This document shows positions 18,963-27,545 of a stretch of 64,000 bases of DNA, piece by piece. Positions within the stretch are counted from its first letter, which is position 1; each line of letters opens with the position of its first letter. The notes beneath the pieces were generated by a model that did not search any database, was not told where the DNA came from, and saw only the letters and a list, made by a program, of their open reading frames with translations. Origin of the DNA: a virus (taxonomy: Duplodnaviria > Caudoviricetes). The translations under genes and the position numbers were made by a program. The stretch is from the IMG/VR virus record IMGVR_UViG_3300028797_000141, positions 1-64,000 of that record. One strand, written 5' to 3'.

Positions 18963-19628
18963 ATGAAAGCATATAAAGGATTTCATAAAAATGATGATGG
19001 TACTTTGCAATGCAGATATTTCACTTATGAAATAGGAAAAACCTATAGATACGATGGTAAAATATGCCTTTGTGGTAACGGTTTTCATGCTTGTCACAAA
19101 TTGTATCAAACTTGGTATTTTTATCCTAATAATGGCAAGAATGTATATTATGAAGTAGAATGTGGTGGAAACATAATTGAAGGCAATGGTAAATTTGTGT
19201 GTTCAGAAATAACACTTTTAAAAGAGGTGGATATATCTGATATTGCTAAATTTGATGACTGTTTGGATTTTATAGATGGTGTTGCTATTGTTAGATTAAA
19301 TAATAAAAGAAGTTTTATCAACACTAAAGGGAAAATAGTTTTTAATCAATGGTTTGATTATTGTTGGTGTTTCAATGATTGTATTAAGGGTTTCGCTAAA
19401 GTTAAATTAAACAATAAAATGAACTTTATAAACATTAAAGGAGAATACCTTTCCGAGCAATGGTTTGATGATTGTTGTAATTTTATAGATGGTTTTAGTA
19501 GAGTGGAGTTAGATGGAAAATATAATTTTATCAATACTAAAGGTGAGATAATTTCCAAACAATGGTTTAATTGGTGTTGGTATTCTGTTTTATTCAAAGG
19601 TTATAGAATTAAAAAGACTTTTAGCTAA
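18963..19628 (+). CDS. DUF7666-like N-terminal domain plus WG/KWG-type repeats, C-terminally truncated
   Basis: MKAYKGF...TYEIGKTY...LCGNGFHAC; about three QWFDxCxxFxxGFAxVxLxxKxNFINxKG repeats, the fourth broken. Confidence 0.75.
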   Translation: MKAYKGFHKNDDGTLQCRYFTYEIGKTYRYDGKICLCGNGFHACHKLYQTWYFYPNNGKNVYYEVECGGNIIEGNGKFVCSEITLLKEVDISDIAKFDDCLDFIDGVAIVRLNNKRSFINTKGKIVFNQWFDYCWCFNDCIKGFAKVKLNNKMNFINIKGEYLSEQWFDDCCNFIDGFSRVELDGKYNFINTKGEIISKQWFNWCWYSVLFKGYRIKKTFS

Positions 19629-19660
19629 ACGTAAAACAAGTAAATTTAAAGAACAAGTAA

Positions 19661-19696
19661 AAAATAAATAATATGGAAAAAATAAATAATATGGAA
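19661..19696. repeat. Perfect 18-bp tandem duplication of a translation start region
   Basis: aaaataaataatatggaa x2. Confidence 0.85.
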
Positions 19697-19752
19697 GAAA
19701 TTAGAAAATTTATAAAAAAAAGAATTGTAAAGTAGTAAATAGTAGTGTTTAT

Positions 19753-20136
19753 ATGAATAATTGCTATATTACTTTAAAATCATCTGTACAAGATGATACT
19801 GTAACCTATAATGATGGGTTGATAAAATTATTTATAAAACATGGTATAACAAAAGTAGAAAGTTATTCTCAATTTTCTAATAGTACTTCACAAGTTGCTT
19901 GTATTGGTTTTTCAGAAAAAGAACGTAAATGGTATGGTTGGTCACATAGAGCTTTTTATGGTTTTGGAATAGGACATATTGTTAAACGAAGAAATTGTGA
20001 AGCAAGTAGTGGATGGACTGATGAATATTTAAAAGAACATCCAGAAGAAGATAGGAGTATGCCTGTTGGTTTTGAAGTAAAAAATATGGAAGATGCAAGA
20101 CGTTGTGCCATAGCATTTGCAGAAAGTGTTAATTAA
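19753..20136 (+). CDS. Hypothetical protein, 127 aa
   Basis: CIGFSEKERKWYGWSHRAFYGFGIG. Confidence 0.75.
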   Translation: MNNCYITLKSSVQDDTVTYNDGLIKLFIKHGITKVESYSQFSNSTSQVACIGFSEKERKWYGWSHRAFYGFGIGHIVKRRNCEASSGWTDEYLKEHPEEDRSMPVGFEVKNMEDARRCAIAFAESVN

Positions 20137-20149
20137 TAAAATAAATAAT

Positions 20150-20656
20150 ATGAAAAAATATGTAATTAAAAATATTGATAATGGTATTACAATAACTCCT
20201 CTTGAAGGATATGAAATAGATAAAGAAAATTCTACATTTGACAAAATAATTTTTAAAAGAATAGATACTTGGAGACATAGCAATCTTCCCATAACAGGTT
20301 TTTATGTAACTACTTTTGGAGACATAGAAGAAGTAAAAGAAACGGATAACGTTGTATTTGATAAAGACGGGTACAATGTTTGTGCAACAGAAAAGCAAGC
20401 TAAAGCTATATTCGCATTTTCACAAATTACTCAAATTATAGCTAATGACCCAAGATTTGGTGGTGCTATAACTGATGAAGAATGGCGTGATATAGGAACT
20501 CAAAAATATGCTATATATAAACACGTCTTTTCTAATATTTTAATCTGTACAAGTACTAATAGTTATAAGTTTCTTGCTTTTCATACTGAAGAACAATGTA
20601 AATTATTTTTAAAAGAAAATGAAGATTTAGTTAGACAATATTATATGCTAGATTAA
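20150..20656 (+). CDS. Hypothetical protein (start moved to ATG 20150)
   Basis: aaataaataatatg leader; ITPLEGYEIDKENST...FLAFHTEEQCKLF. Confidence 0.75.
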   Translation: MKKYVIKNIDNGITITPLEGYEIDKENSTFDKIIFKRIDTWRHSNLPITGFYVTTFGDIEEVKETDNVVFDKDGYNVCATEKQAKAIFAFSQITQIIANDPRFGGAITDEEWRDIGTQKYAIYKHVFSNILICTSTNSYKFLAFHTEEQCKLFLKENEDLVRQYYMLD

Positions 20657-20658
20657 AT

Positions 20659-20889
20659 ATGAACACTGAATTACAAATTTATGACTTAAATAATAACTGT
20701 CCATTACTTGTTGATTATGACAATTGTACTATAATTCCTAATATAGATGAATTGTTGAATATAAATACAATATGGTATGTTGTTAAGAAAAGAGATTATA
20801 TAATTATAAAAAATAATAATAAAAGATTATTAATTATAAGAATATTTGTTAAACGTGTTAATGAAAACACAAATAATGAAACTAATTGA
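20659..20889 (+). CDS. Hypothetical protein, 76 aa
   Basis: ORF 2 nt after the previous stop. Confidence 0.55.
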   Translation: MNTELQIYDLNNNCPLLVDYDNCTIIPNIDELLNINTIWYVVKKRDYIIIKNNNKRLLIIRIFVKRVNENTNNETN

Positions 20890-20998
20890 ACAATCAGTAG
20901 ATATGCTGGAACAAAAAAAAAGATATGTTTCAGCATATCGAACTTTGTGCTAAAACTCCTTATAAATCTGAGCATATAAGTTTTAAAACATAAACAAA

Positions 20999-21280
20999 AT
21001 GAAAACTAAAGTAGAATTAAATGAAAAGGAGAAAAGGTTTAATACCCCATTCATCCCAGTCTCCAACATTTATATACGTATCAACAATATGATAGAACCA
21101 AATGCTAAATCTCCAAAAGTAATAGCAGGAAAACTCAAAGATTGTGGTTGGAATATTCTATATTTGCATGAGCCAAACGAGTTTGACAAATTAAGTACTA
21201 ACCTATATTACTATTATGATTGTTCAGGCAATGAAATTCCTATTACTATGATAGAAAAATATGTTATACTTGAAAATTAA
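20999..21280 (+). CDS. Hypothetical protein, 93 aa
   Basis: ORF with an A-rich leader. Confidence 0.6.
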   Translation: MKTKVELNEKEKRFNTPFIPVSNIYIRINNMIEPNAKSPKVIAGKLKDCGWNILYLHEPNEFDKLSTNLYYYYDCSGNEIPITMIEKYVILEN

Positions 21281-21298
21281 ATAATTAAACAATAAATT

Positions 21299-21331
21299 AT
21301 GAATTACAAAGAAAAATATGAACAAAGATAG
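21299..21331 (+). pseudogene. 10-codon gene stub MNYKEKYEQR*
   Basis: Good leader (aataaattatg), then a stop after 10 codons; resembles the M(D/N)YKEKYEQAL N-terminus seen in Bacteroides phage genes. Confidence 0.4.
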
Positions 21332-21434
21332 TAAATGGTTAGACATAGAAGCAGAGCATGAAAATTGCTATAATAACATTAAAAAAAATTAATTAAACAT
21401 TATATAAAAAAAAGTACACTAAAAACTAAATAAC

Positions 21435-22142
21435 ATGAATATATTTGAAATTGAAAAAGAATTATTAGATATAACTGATGAACTCGAAGAAAATGGTGGA
21501 GAATTAACACCAGAGTTAGAAGAAAAATTGAAGATAACTCAAGATACTTTTAAAACAAAAGTACAAAATTATACTAATGTAATTAAACAATTAAAATCTG
21601 ATGTTAAATTAGTAGAAGATGAAATAAATCGTCTTACTCAAATAGCTGACCAAAAGTCAAAAACTATTGAAAAATTAACTAATATATTAGTAACAGCTAT
21701 CAATCAATTTGGTGAACTTAATAAGAATAATGTTAAGTTTATTGATTATGGTACTGGTAAAGTATCTGTTCGTAAAACAAAAGCTGTTGAAGTAAATGAA
21801 GAGCTTATTAATAGTACTGCTGAAGATTTACAAAATATTATAACATATTTGAAAGAAACAAATCAAATTAATGTTGTCAATGGTATTGAAATGCAGGTAA
21901 GTCCAAAATTTAAACGTGAGATTGATGACATTAAAGCATCATTTACAGTAGAGATTCCTATAAAGGATATTGATACACCTAATGGCTTTAATGCTATCAA
22001 AGCTATAGCTCTTTATACTGATACTTATAAGCTTAAAACAAGTGTATCTAAAACAGAATTAAAAGCTAAGTTAGAAGAGAACGGAAGTGCTTATCCTAAT
22101 TTAGCAAGATTAAAAACTAACGAAAGTCTTATAATAAAATGA
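21435..22142 (+). CDS. Siphovirus Gp157-like protein
   Basis: MNIFEIEKELLDITDELEENGGELTPELEEKL coiled coil; ARLKTNESLIIK end. Confidence 0.8.
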   Translation: MNIFEIEKELLDITDELEENGGELTPELEEKLKITQDTFKTKVQNYTNVIKQLKSDVKLVEDEINRLTQIADQKSKTIEKLTNILVTAINQFGELNKNNVKFIDYGTGKVSVRKTKAVEVNEELINSTAEDLQNIITYLKETNQINVVNGIEMQVSPKFKREIDDIKASFTVEIPIKDIDTPNGFNAIKAIALYTDTYKLKTSVSKTELKAKLEENGSAYPNLARLKTNESLIIK

Positions 22143-22336
22143 AACATCATCAATTAAATAACGGAGATGGCATTGAATTTGAGGAACTCAGAGAGTTTCT
22201 CAATAAATTACATGATGAAGGTCGAGTAGCAAAAAATGCTAAAGTAAATATACTTTTTGACCAAAGTATTGTAGAAGATAGAATACTATCAGTAGAGTAT
22301 GATTATAATAGTGTAACATTTTATAATTATATTTAA
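22139..22336 (+). CDS. Hypothetical protein, 65 aa
   Basis: ATGA overlap. Confidence 0.6.
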   Translation: MKHHQLNNGDGIEFEELREFLNKLHDEGRVAKNAKVNILFDQSIVEDRILSVEYDYNSVTFYNYI

Positions 22337-22337
22337 T

Positions 22338-23402
22338 ATGAGTAAATATGTTGTTAAAGGACTTCCTTGGAATGGTTCTATTGGTACTGATGTATCAGAT
22401 TGTAAAACTGCAAGAGAAGTTATGGAAAAAGCACATTTAGACTTCTTTGTTGATAAATGTGGATTAGTAGCTAAAATGCCATTTACTACAAATGGCGATA
22501 ATACAGTTAATAAATTAATGGGTGATTTTGCCTACGATGGAAATGTATATCGTCCTTGTCCTGATGCTTTTGCAACTTATAGAACTGATAAGAATATACC
22601 TCTTGGTATAGTAAAAGATAAGTATACTGTAGTACAAAATACTGAAGCTTTTAATTTCTTTGATGATGCTATAGGTAACAATCAAGCTGAATGGGTTAGT
22701 GCAGGATGTTTTGGTTATGGACATTTAATATATCTTGTAGCTAAACTTCCTCAAACAATTAAAGTAGGAAATGTGGATATAGTAGATAATTATCTTGTAT
22801 TTAGCAATTCTCATGATGGTACCATGAGTGTAAATATATTATTTACACCTGTTAGAGTATTTTGTTTTAATTGTTTAAGTTCAGCTAGACGTCGTGCTGA
22901 TAGTTATATTCGTCTTAAACATACTACATCTGTAACTAGCAGATTAGAATTAGGAAGTAGTGTAATACAAGCTTCTCTTCAATATTGTAATAACATATCA
23001 GAACTATATACTGCTATGTATAACACAAAGCTTACTGATGAAGAAGTTACTAAATATATTTCTTCCTTAATTCTTAGTAAAAATGAATTTTCTGATGTTC
23101 TTGATAGTGATTATAATACTGGTCTTAAAAAACTATTAAACAAAGACTATATGACTATGGAAAGAACTGGAATTAGTACACGTAAAGTTAATCAAATAAA
23201 TACTATACTTGATTATTATTTTACAGCTGAAAATCAACAAAATGTTATAGGAACAGCTTGGGGTGCATATAATGCAATAACAGGTTATTTCGCTAACGTT
23301 AAAGATGATATAGATATTAAACGTATGTATGGAACTTTATATGGTGGTGATAGTCTTAAAATGCAAAGTGCTTTTGAAGAAGCTATTGAGTTGATACAGT
23401 AA
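22338..23402 (+). CDS. DUF932 (phage/plasmid-like) protein
   Basis: LPWNGSIG, LGIVKDKYTVVQNTEAFNFF, YLVFSNSHDG, PVRVFCFNCL, GTAWGAYNAITGY. Confidence 0.9.
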   Translation: MSKYVVKGLPWNGSIGTDVSDCKTAREVMEKAHLDFFVDKCGLVAKMPFTTNGDNTVNKLMGDFAYDGNVYRPCPDAFATYRTDKNIPLGIVKDKYTVVQNTEAFNFFDDAIGNNQAEWVSAGCFGYGHLIYLVAKLPQTIKVGNVDIVDNYLVFSNSHDGTMSVNILFTPVRVFCFNCLSSARRRADSYIRLKHTTSVTSRLELGSSVIQASLQYCNNISELYTAMYNTKLTDEEVTKYISSLILSKNEFSDVLDSDYNTGLKKLLNKDYMTMERTGISTRKVNQINTILDYYFTAENQQNVIGTAWGAYNAITGYFANVKDDIDIKRMYGTLYGGDSLKMQSAFEEAIELIQ

Positions 23403-23405
23403 AAA

Positions 23406-23493
23406 TGCATACCTTTCTTCTACGGGGGAACAAATAAAATTCTTTATCTTATCTGTCATATTGCAAATATGTTCCCCCGTAAAGAAGAATGCA
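23406..23493. repeat. Inverted pair of the dispersed motif in the opposite (divergent) arrangement, downstream of DUF932
   Basis: tgcatacctttcttctacgggggaaca ... tgttcccccgtaaagaagaatgca. Confidence 0.85.
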
Positions 23494-23571
23494 CTGATAA
23501 ATAAACACAAAAACAAAGTACTAAACCTATAGAAATATATTATATTGAAAATAAATTATTAGAAAAATACA

Positions 23572-23599
23572 TTTGGTAATTTAATTTTTCGTATATTTG
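23572..23599 (+). promoter_or_regulatory. Bacteroidota sigma promoter upstream of dut
   Basis: TTTG (23572) ... TATATTTG (23592) followed by CA; spacer 16 nt, shorter than typical. Confidence 0.65.
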
Positions 23600-23627
23600 C
23601 ATAAACTAACTTTTAAATAATAAAGAT

Positions 23628-24059
23628 ATGGATGTAAAAATTAAAAAACTTGATGAATCAGCTGTAATTCCTCAGTATGCAAAACCTGGTGATGCAGGAT
23701 TAGATTTAACAGCAACTAGTTATAAATATGATGAACAATCAGATAATCATATTTATGGAACAGGATTAGCAATTGAAATTCCTGAAGGTTATGTAGGACT
23801 TGTATTTCCACGTAGTTCTAATCGTAAAACTTGTGCTTATATGACAAATCATGTAGGTGTTATCGATAGTAGTTATCGTGGAGAATTAATGGTAACTTTT
23901 AAGAATCGCGATGCTTCTAATAAAACTGTACCTTACGAAGTAGGTAATAGAGTAGCTCAGCTTATCATTGTTGCTTATCCTTCTATTAATTTAGTAGAAA
24001 GTGAAGAACTTTCAGAAACAGAAAGAGGAGAAGGTGGACATGGAAGCACAGGAAAATGA
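23628..24059 (+). CDS. dut: Trimeric dUTPase
   Basis: AGLDL, FPRSS, GVIDSSYRGE, RVAQL, RGEGGHGSTG. Confidence 0.97.
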   Translation: MDVKIKKLDESAVIPQYAKPGDAGLDLTATSYKYDEQSDNHIYGTGLAIEIPEGYVGLVFPRSSNRKTCAYMTNHVGVIDSSYRGELMVTFKNRDASNKTVPYEVGNRVAQLIIVAYPSINLVESEELSETERGEGGHGSTGK

Positions 24060-24297
24060 AGAAATAAACGAAGAAGTTGAAATAGATGTATCTATTATTA
24101 AACCAAAATATTATGCTGAATATTACAAAAATGGTAATTTAGTAATAGCACATGAGTTAAAAGATATAAAAGATTTTAATAATGATTGTGATAAAACTAA
24201 AAATTTGATAGAACCACCATTTACAGTAAAATTAGCAAAATATGTTAAGGAAGAAATATCTAGTAGAATTTATAATAAACCTCTAAAAGATAATTAA
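24040..24297 (+). CDS. Hypothetical protein (likely start MEAQ at 24040)
   Basis: ORF overlapping the dut end. Confidence 0.6.
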   Translation: MEAQENEEINEEVEIDVSIIKPKYYAEYYKNGNLVIAHELKDIKDFNNDCDKTKNLIEPPFTVKLAKYVKEEISSRIYNKPLKDN

Positions 24298-24298
24298 A

Positions 24299-24625
24299 AT
24301 GGAAAAATATGTAGAAAGAATGATGCAAGAGCATCAACATTTAGTACAAAGACGTAGAAAATTAACAGAATTTATTGAATCTGATAAAGCTAAAGAAGAA
24401 ATTGATAAAGAAGAATATGCTTTAATTGTTGTTCAATTAACAGCTATGAAAATGTATGAAAGCGCTTTAGATAATAGACTTGAAATGCATAATATCAGTT
24501 TCAATGGTCACGATGCTTATTATCAACAAGTTCAAGTTCCTGATGAAAAAGTTGAAGTAAACATTATTAAATGTAATCATTGTGGACAAGATGCTGATAA
24601 AAACAAAGGAACTCAATCAAAATGA
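24299..24625 (+). CDS. crAss001_48-related protein
   Basis: YVERMMQEHQHLVQRRRKLTEFI...QLTAMKMYESALDNRL. Confidence 0.7.
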   Translation: MEKYVERMMQEHQHLVQRRRKLTEFIESDKAKEEIDKEEYALIVVQLTAMKMYESALDNRLEMHNISFNGHDAYYQQVQVPDEKVEVNIIKCNHCGQDADKNKGTQSK

Positions 24626-24912
24626 AAGACCAAAAAATAACTATATTTACAACTAAAGGTTGTAAAGGATGTCATATCATGAAAAACATCATAAAAGAAA
24701 AAATAGCTGTTGTTAGTAAACCTATTCAACTTCTAACTTATGATGTTGAAGAAATTAACAACAATAGTTTTGCTAAATATATAGCAGATAAAGTTGGTGT
24801 GACAGATTTTCCAACTACAGTTTTCACTGATGGAATAATAATTTTAAAAGTTAAAGTTGGTACTTTTCCTAAAAGTGAAATTAGTAAACTTATAGATAAA
24901 TATTTTTTGTAA
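24622..24912 (+). CDS. Thioredoxin/glutaredoxin-fold protein
   Basis: FTTKGCKGC (CxxC) and the cis-Pro region DFPT. Confidence 0.85.
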   Translation: MKDQKITIFTTKGCKGCHIMKNIIKEKIAVVSKPIQLLTYDVEEINNNSFAKYIADKVGVTDFPTTVFTDGIIILKVKVGTFPKSEISKLIDKYFL

Positions 24913-24934
24913 TAATCTCATTGTGTTAAGTTTG

Positions 24935-24969
24935 AGGGCATATACGTTTGTATGTGCCCTTATTCTTTT
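24935..24969 (+). terminator. Terminator ending the + strand arm
   Basis: agggcatatac-gttt-gtatgtgccct-tattctttt. Confidence 0.8.
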
Positions 24970-25122
24970 GTCTAAGCCTTTCAAATACATTTTAGGTATA
25001 ATTATATTATAAAGGTATTGACACGCTTAAATCGAATTTTAGGATTTAAAAATAAATTAGCTAACATCTTTATTTAATATAATATTTTTTTTACTTTTTC
25101 TAGTAACATATACAGTACATAT

Positions 25123-25155
25123 AAAAATAGAGGTAATATTTCTATTACCTCTATT
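25123..25155 (-). terminator. Terminator ending the - strand arm
   Basis: aatagaggtaata-tttc-tattacctctatt, with a T-run on the minus strand. Confidence 0.8.
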
Positions 25156-25173
25156 ACGATTAACAATTAAATT

Positions 25174-27447
25174 TTATTTTTTCTTATTTTTCTTTCCTTT
25201 CTTATTATCTTTTCCTTTATTTTTATTTACAACATCTTTTGCTGTTTTTGGTTTATTGTTTTGCTGAGTTTGTTGTTGAGTATTAGAAGATGTTTGCTTA
25301 GGTTCTGGTTTTGGTTCTTGTTTAGGTTGTTGAGTTTGTTGTTGAGTTTGTTGTTGAGTTTGTTGTTGAGTTCTTAACTCTTCTTTTTTAGCATCAACTG
25401 CAGCTTTAGTTTGTTCTTCTTTTAATTGTTTTTTAGCTTCTTTTTCTATCTTTTTTTCAGCTTTCTTTTCAGCTCTAGTTTGTTTTTTAGTTTCTGTTTT
25501 TGGAGTTTCTGCTTTAGAATTTTTAACACCTGTAGCTTTATTTCTAATTCTAGTCATTAAAGAAGTTTTATTTTTAGGATTAACATCTTTTTCTGGACCA
25601 GCTGCTAAAGCTTCATTTATTAATTCTTCTTCAGAAATATTGATTTCTTTACCTTCATTTACTGCTTTAGGATTAAATTCTTCTTCTCTTAATTTTCTTA
25701 TTTTTTTAATATTTCTTAATCTTTTTTTAGCAATTTGTTTATTCTCTCTTAATTCTTCTCTTATTTGTTTAATCCTTTCTAATCTTTCTTTAGCGATTTG
25801 TTTATCAGTTTTATTTTGAGTAGAAGTTTTAGGTTTAGGTTCAGTATTAGTTGAATTATTTTCATTCGTATTATTTTTAGTTTTTATATTCTCCCTTATT
25901 CTTTTCTTTTGAGCTCTAATTTCAGACATACTTTTCTTTACAGGAGTATACTCAACTTCCATACTAGGTTTTGTAGTTTCTACAGTGCTCATTGTTCTTT
26001 GGTCAGTAGGTTTCGATTCTTCTGTAATAGCTTTAAAAGTTTTTTTACTTCTAGTAGCACCTGTATTTACTTTACCTTTAGTTGCACGATAACCTCCTTT
26101 ACCTCCAAGGAAACCACCTGCAAAACTTCCACCTACAGCCCATGGATTAGGAGTTGTTTCTAAATTTATTTGTTGATTTTTAGGTTTACCTTCATTATAT
26201 TGTTCTTGTAACATCATCATATAATTAGTATAACCTTTATTTTGAGCATAATTATCTGATATTTTTTGTCCAACTTCACCACCAACATAACTTCCTGCTG
26301 TTCCTAACAAAGTAGGAATCCAACCTAAAGTACCTAAACTAAGTCCTGTCATAGTACCTGTAGTAAAACCACTAGCTCCTGCTTTTATTTCATTAGATAT
26401 TTGTTGTGCAGCACGACGTTCATCTTTAGGAATATCTTTACGTTGAGCAATTGCAGCAAAATCTTCCATTGCATTAGCTAAAGATTGTCCTTTACCTTGT
26501 TCAGCTGCGTTTAGTGAATGAGCAAGCCTAGACCAAAAACTACTATTTTGTTCTTTTTCTCTAGCTCTAACTTCGTTATTATGTCTTTCTATAACTCTAG
26601 CTCTAGCTGTTTGTTCTTTTTTAGTATGTTTGTTAAATTGTATATTTTTAGTTTCTGTATTGTTTGGATTAGTATTTGTAAACCTATTAGGATTTTTATA
26701 TATATATTTTAGCAAATCAAATGAATCTGATGTAACATTTTCTTCTTTACGTGGTCTTATAAGAGAAAACATATCATCATCATAATTTACTGTTGAAGTA
26801 GTTTTAGTGTTTGATGTATAAGTAGGCGTATTAGTAGTAATTTTAGAAGCAGGAGGAGGTGTAGATGTATTTTGAGTATTATTTACAGGAGTATTACCTT
26901 GAGCTGCAGCTCTAACTTTTTGATTATATACTCTTCTTATATGACCGGGAGTATTAACTTTAGTAGTAGGAATATTAATTGTTTTTCCAGCAATAATTTT
27001 ATTTGGGTCTGAAATACCATTAGCTTCTGCTATAGTTCTATAATCAGTTCCAAATGCTTGAGCAATAGCACCTAGAGTATCACCAGGTTGAATGGTATAT
27101 CTTGTGTTATTAAGAGCAGGAGTATTAGCTATTGCATCTTCTGCCATAATCTTTTCTTGAATAGCAGCTTGTTGTGCTACAATTTCATTTTGAGCAGCTT
27201 GTTCTTCTAAACTAGCTATTTGTTCAGGAGTAGCGCCACTTTCAACAAGTCTATCATCAATTATTAAGTTACCTTCTTCATCTAATGTTACTGGATTTCT
27301 ATTTATAGTTTGTTGTAACATTAATAATTCATCAGGAGTATAACCTTTTTGAAGCCCACCTCCATAAGGACGTTTAACTCTTCTATTTTGTGTAAAAGGT
27401 ACTACACTTATAACATCAGGTCTTTTTACTTTAATTTGTTTAAGCAT
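25174..27447 (-). CDS. LysM-domain protein with a Gly-rich hydrophobic middle and a low-complexity K/Q/N-rich C-terminus
   Basis: YTIQPGDTLGAIAQAFGTDYRTIAEANGISDPNKIIAGKTINIP (LysM, about 26965-27102). Confidence 0.88.
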   Translation of the reverse strand: MLKQIKVKRPDVISVVPFTQNRRVKRPYGGGLQKGYTPDELLMLQQTINRNPVTLDEEGNLIIDDRLVESGATPEQIASLEEQAAQNEIVAQQAAIQEKIMAEDAIANTPALNNTRYTIQPGDTLGAIAQAFGTDYRTIAEANGISDPNKIIAGKTINIPTTKVNTPGHIRRVYNQKVRAAAQGNTPVNNTQNTSTPPPASKITTNTPTYTSNTKTTSTVNYDDDMFSLIRPRKEENVTSDSFDLLKYIYKNPNRFTNTNPNNTETKNIQFNKHTKKEQTARARVIERHNNEVRAREKEQNSSFWSRLAHSLNAAEQGKGQSLANAMEDFAAIAQRKDIPKDERRAAQQISNEIKAGASGFTTGTMTGLSLGTLGWIPTLLGTAGSYVGGEVGQKISDNYAQNKGYTNYMMMLQEQYNEGKPKNQQINLETTPNPWAVGGSFAGGFLGGKGGYRATKGKVNTGATRSKKTFKAITEESKPTDQRTMSTVETTKPSMEVEYTPVKKSMSEIRAQKKRIRENIKTKNNTNENNSTNTEPKPKTSTQNKTDKQIAKERLERIKQIREELRENKQIAKKRLRNIKKIRKLREEEFNPKAVNEGKEINISEEELINEALAAGPEKDVNPKNKTSLMTRIRNKATGVKNSKAETPKTETKKQTRAEKKAEKKIEKEAKKQLKEEQTKAAVDAKKEELRTQQQTQQQTQQQTQQPKQEPKPEPKQTSSNTQQQTQQNNKPKTAKDVVNKNKGKDNKKGKKNKKK
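25326..25372. repeat. 12-bp tandem repeat (about 4 copies) encoding QQTQ
   Basis: gttgttgagttt x~3.9. Confidence 0.9.
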
Positions 27448-27481
27448 AATATTAAAATTTAATTGTTATTCTTTATTTTTG

Positions 27482-27512
27482 CAAATATACAACATTATAT
27501 TTATAATTACAA
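27482..27512 (-). promoter_or_regulatory. Bacteroidota sigma promoter for the LysM gene
   Basis: Minus strand TTG, 20-nt spacer, TATATTTG followed by CA. Confidence 0.8.
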
Positions 27513-27545
27513 GTATTTTTTTATATTTTTTTACTTATTACTGTA

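Noticed and set aside
18963-19628. DGR target gene
   Set aside because: No reverse transcriptase and no template/variable repeat pair differing at adenines were seen in the window.
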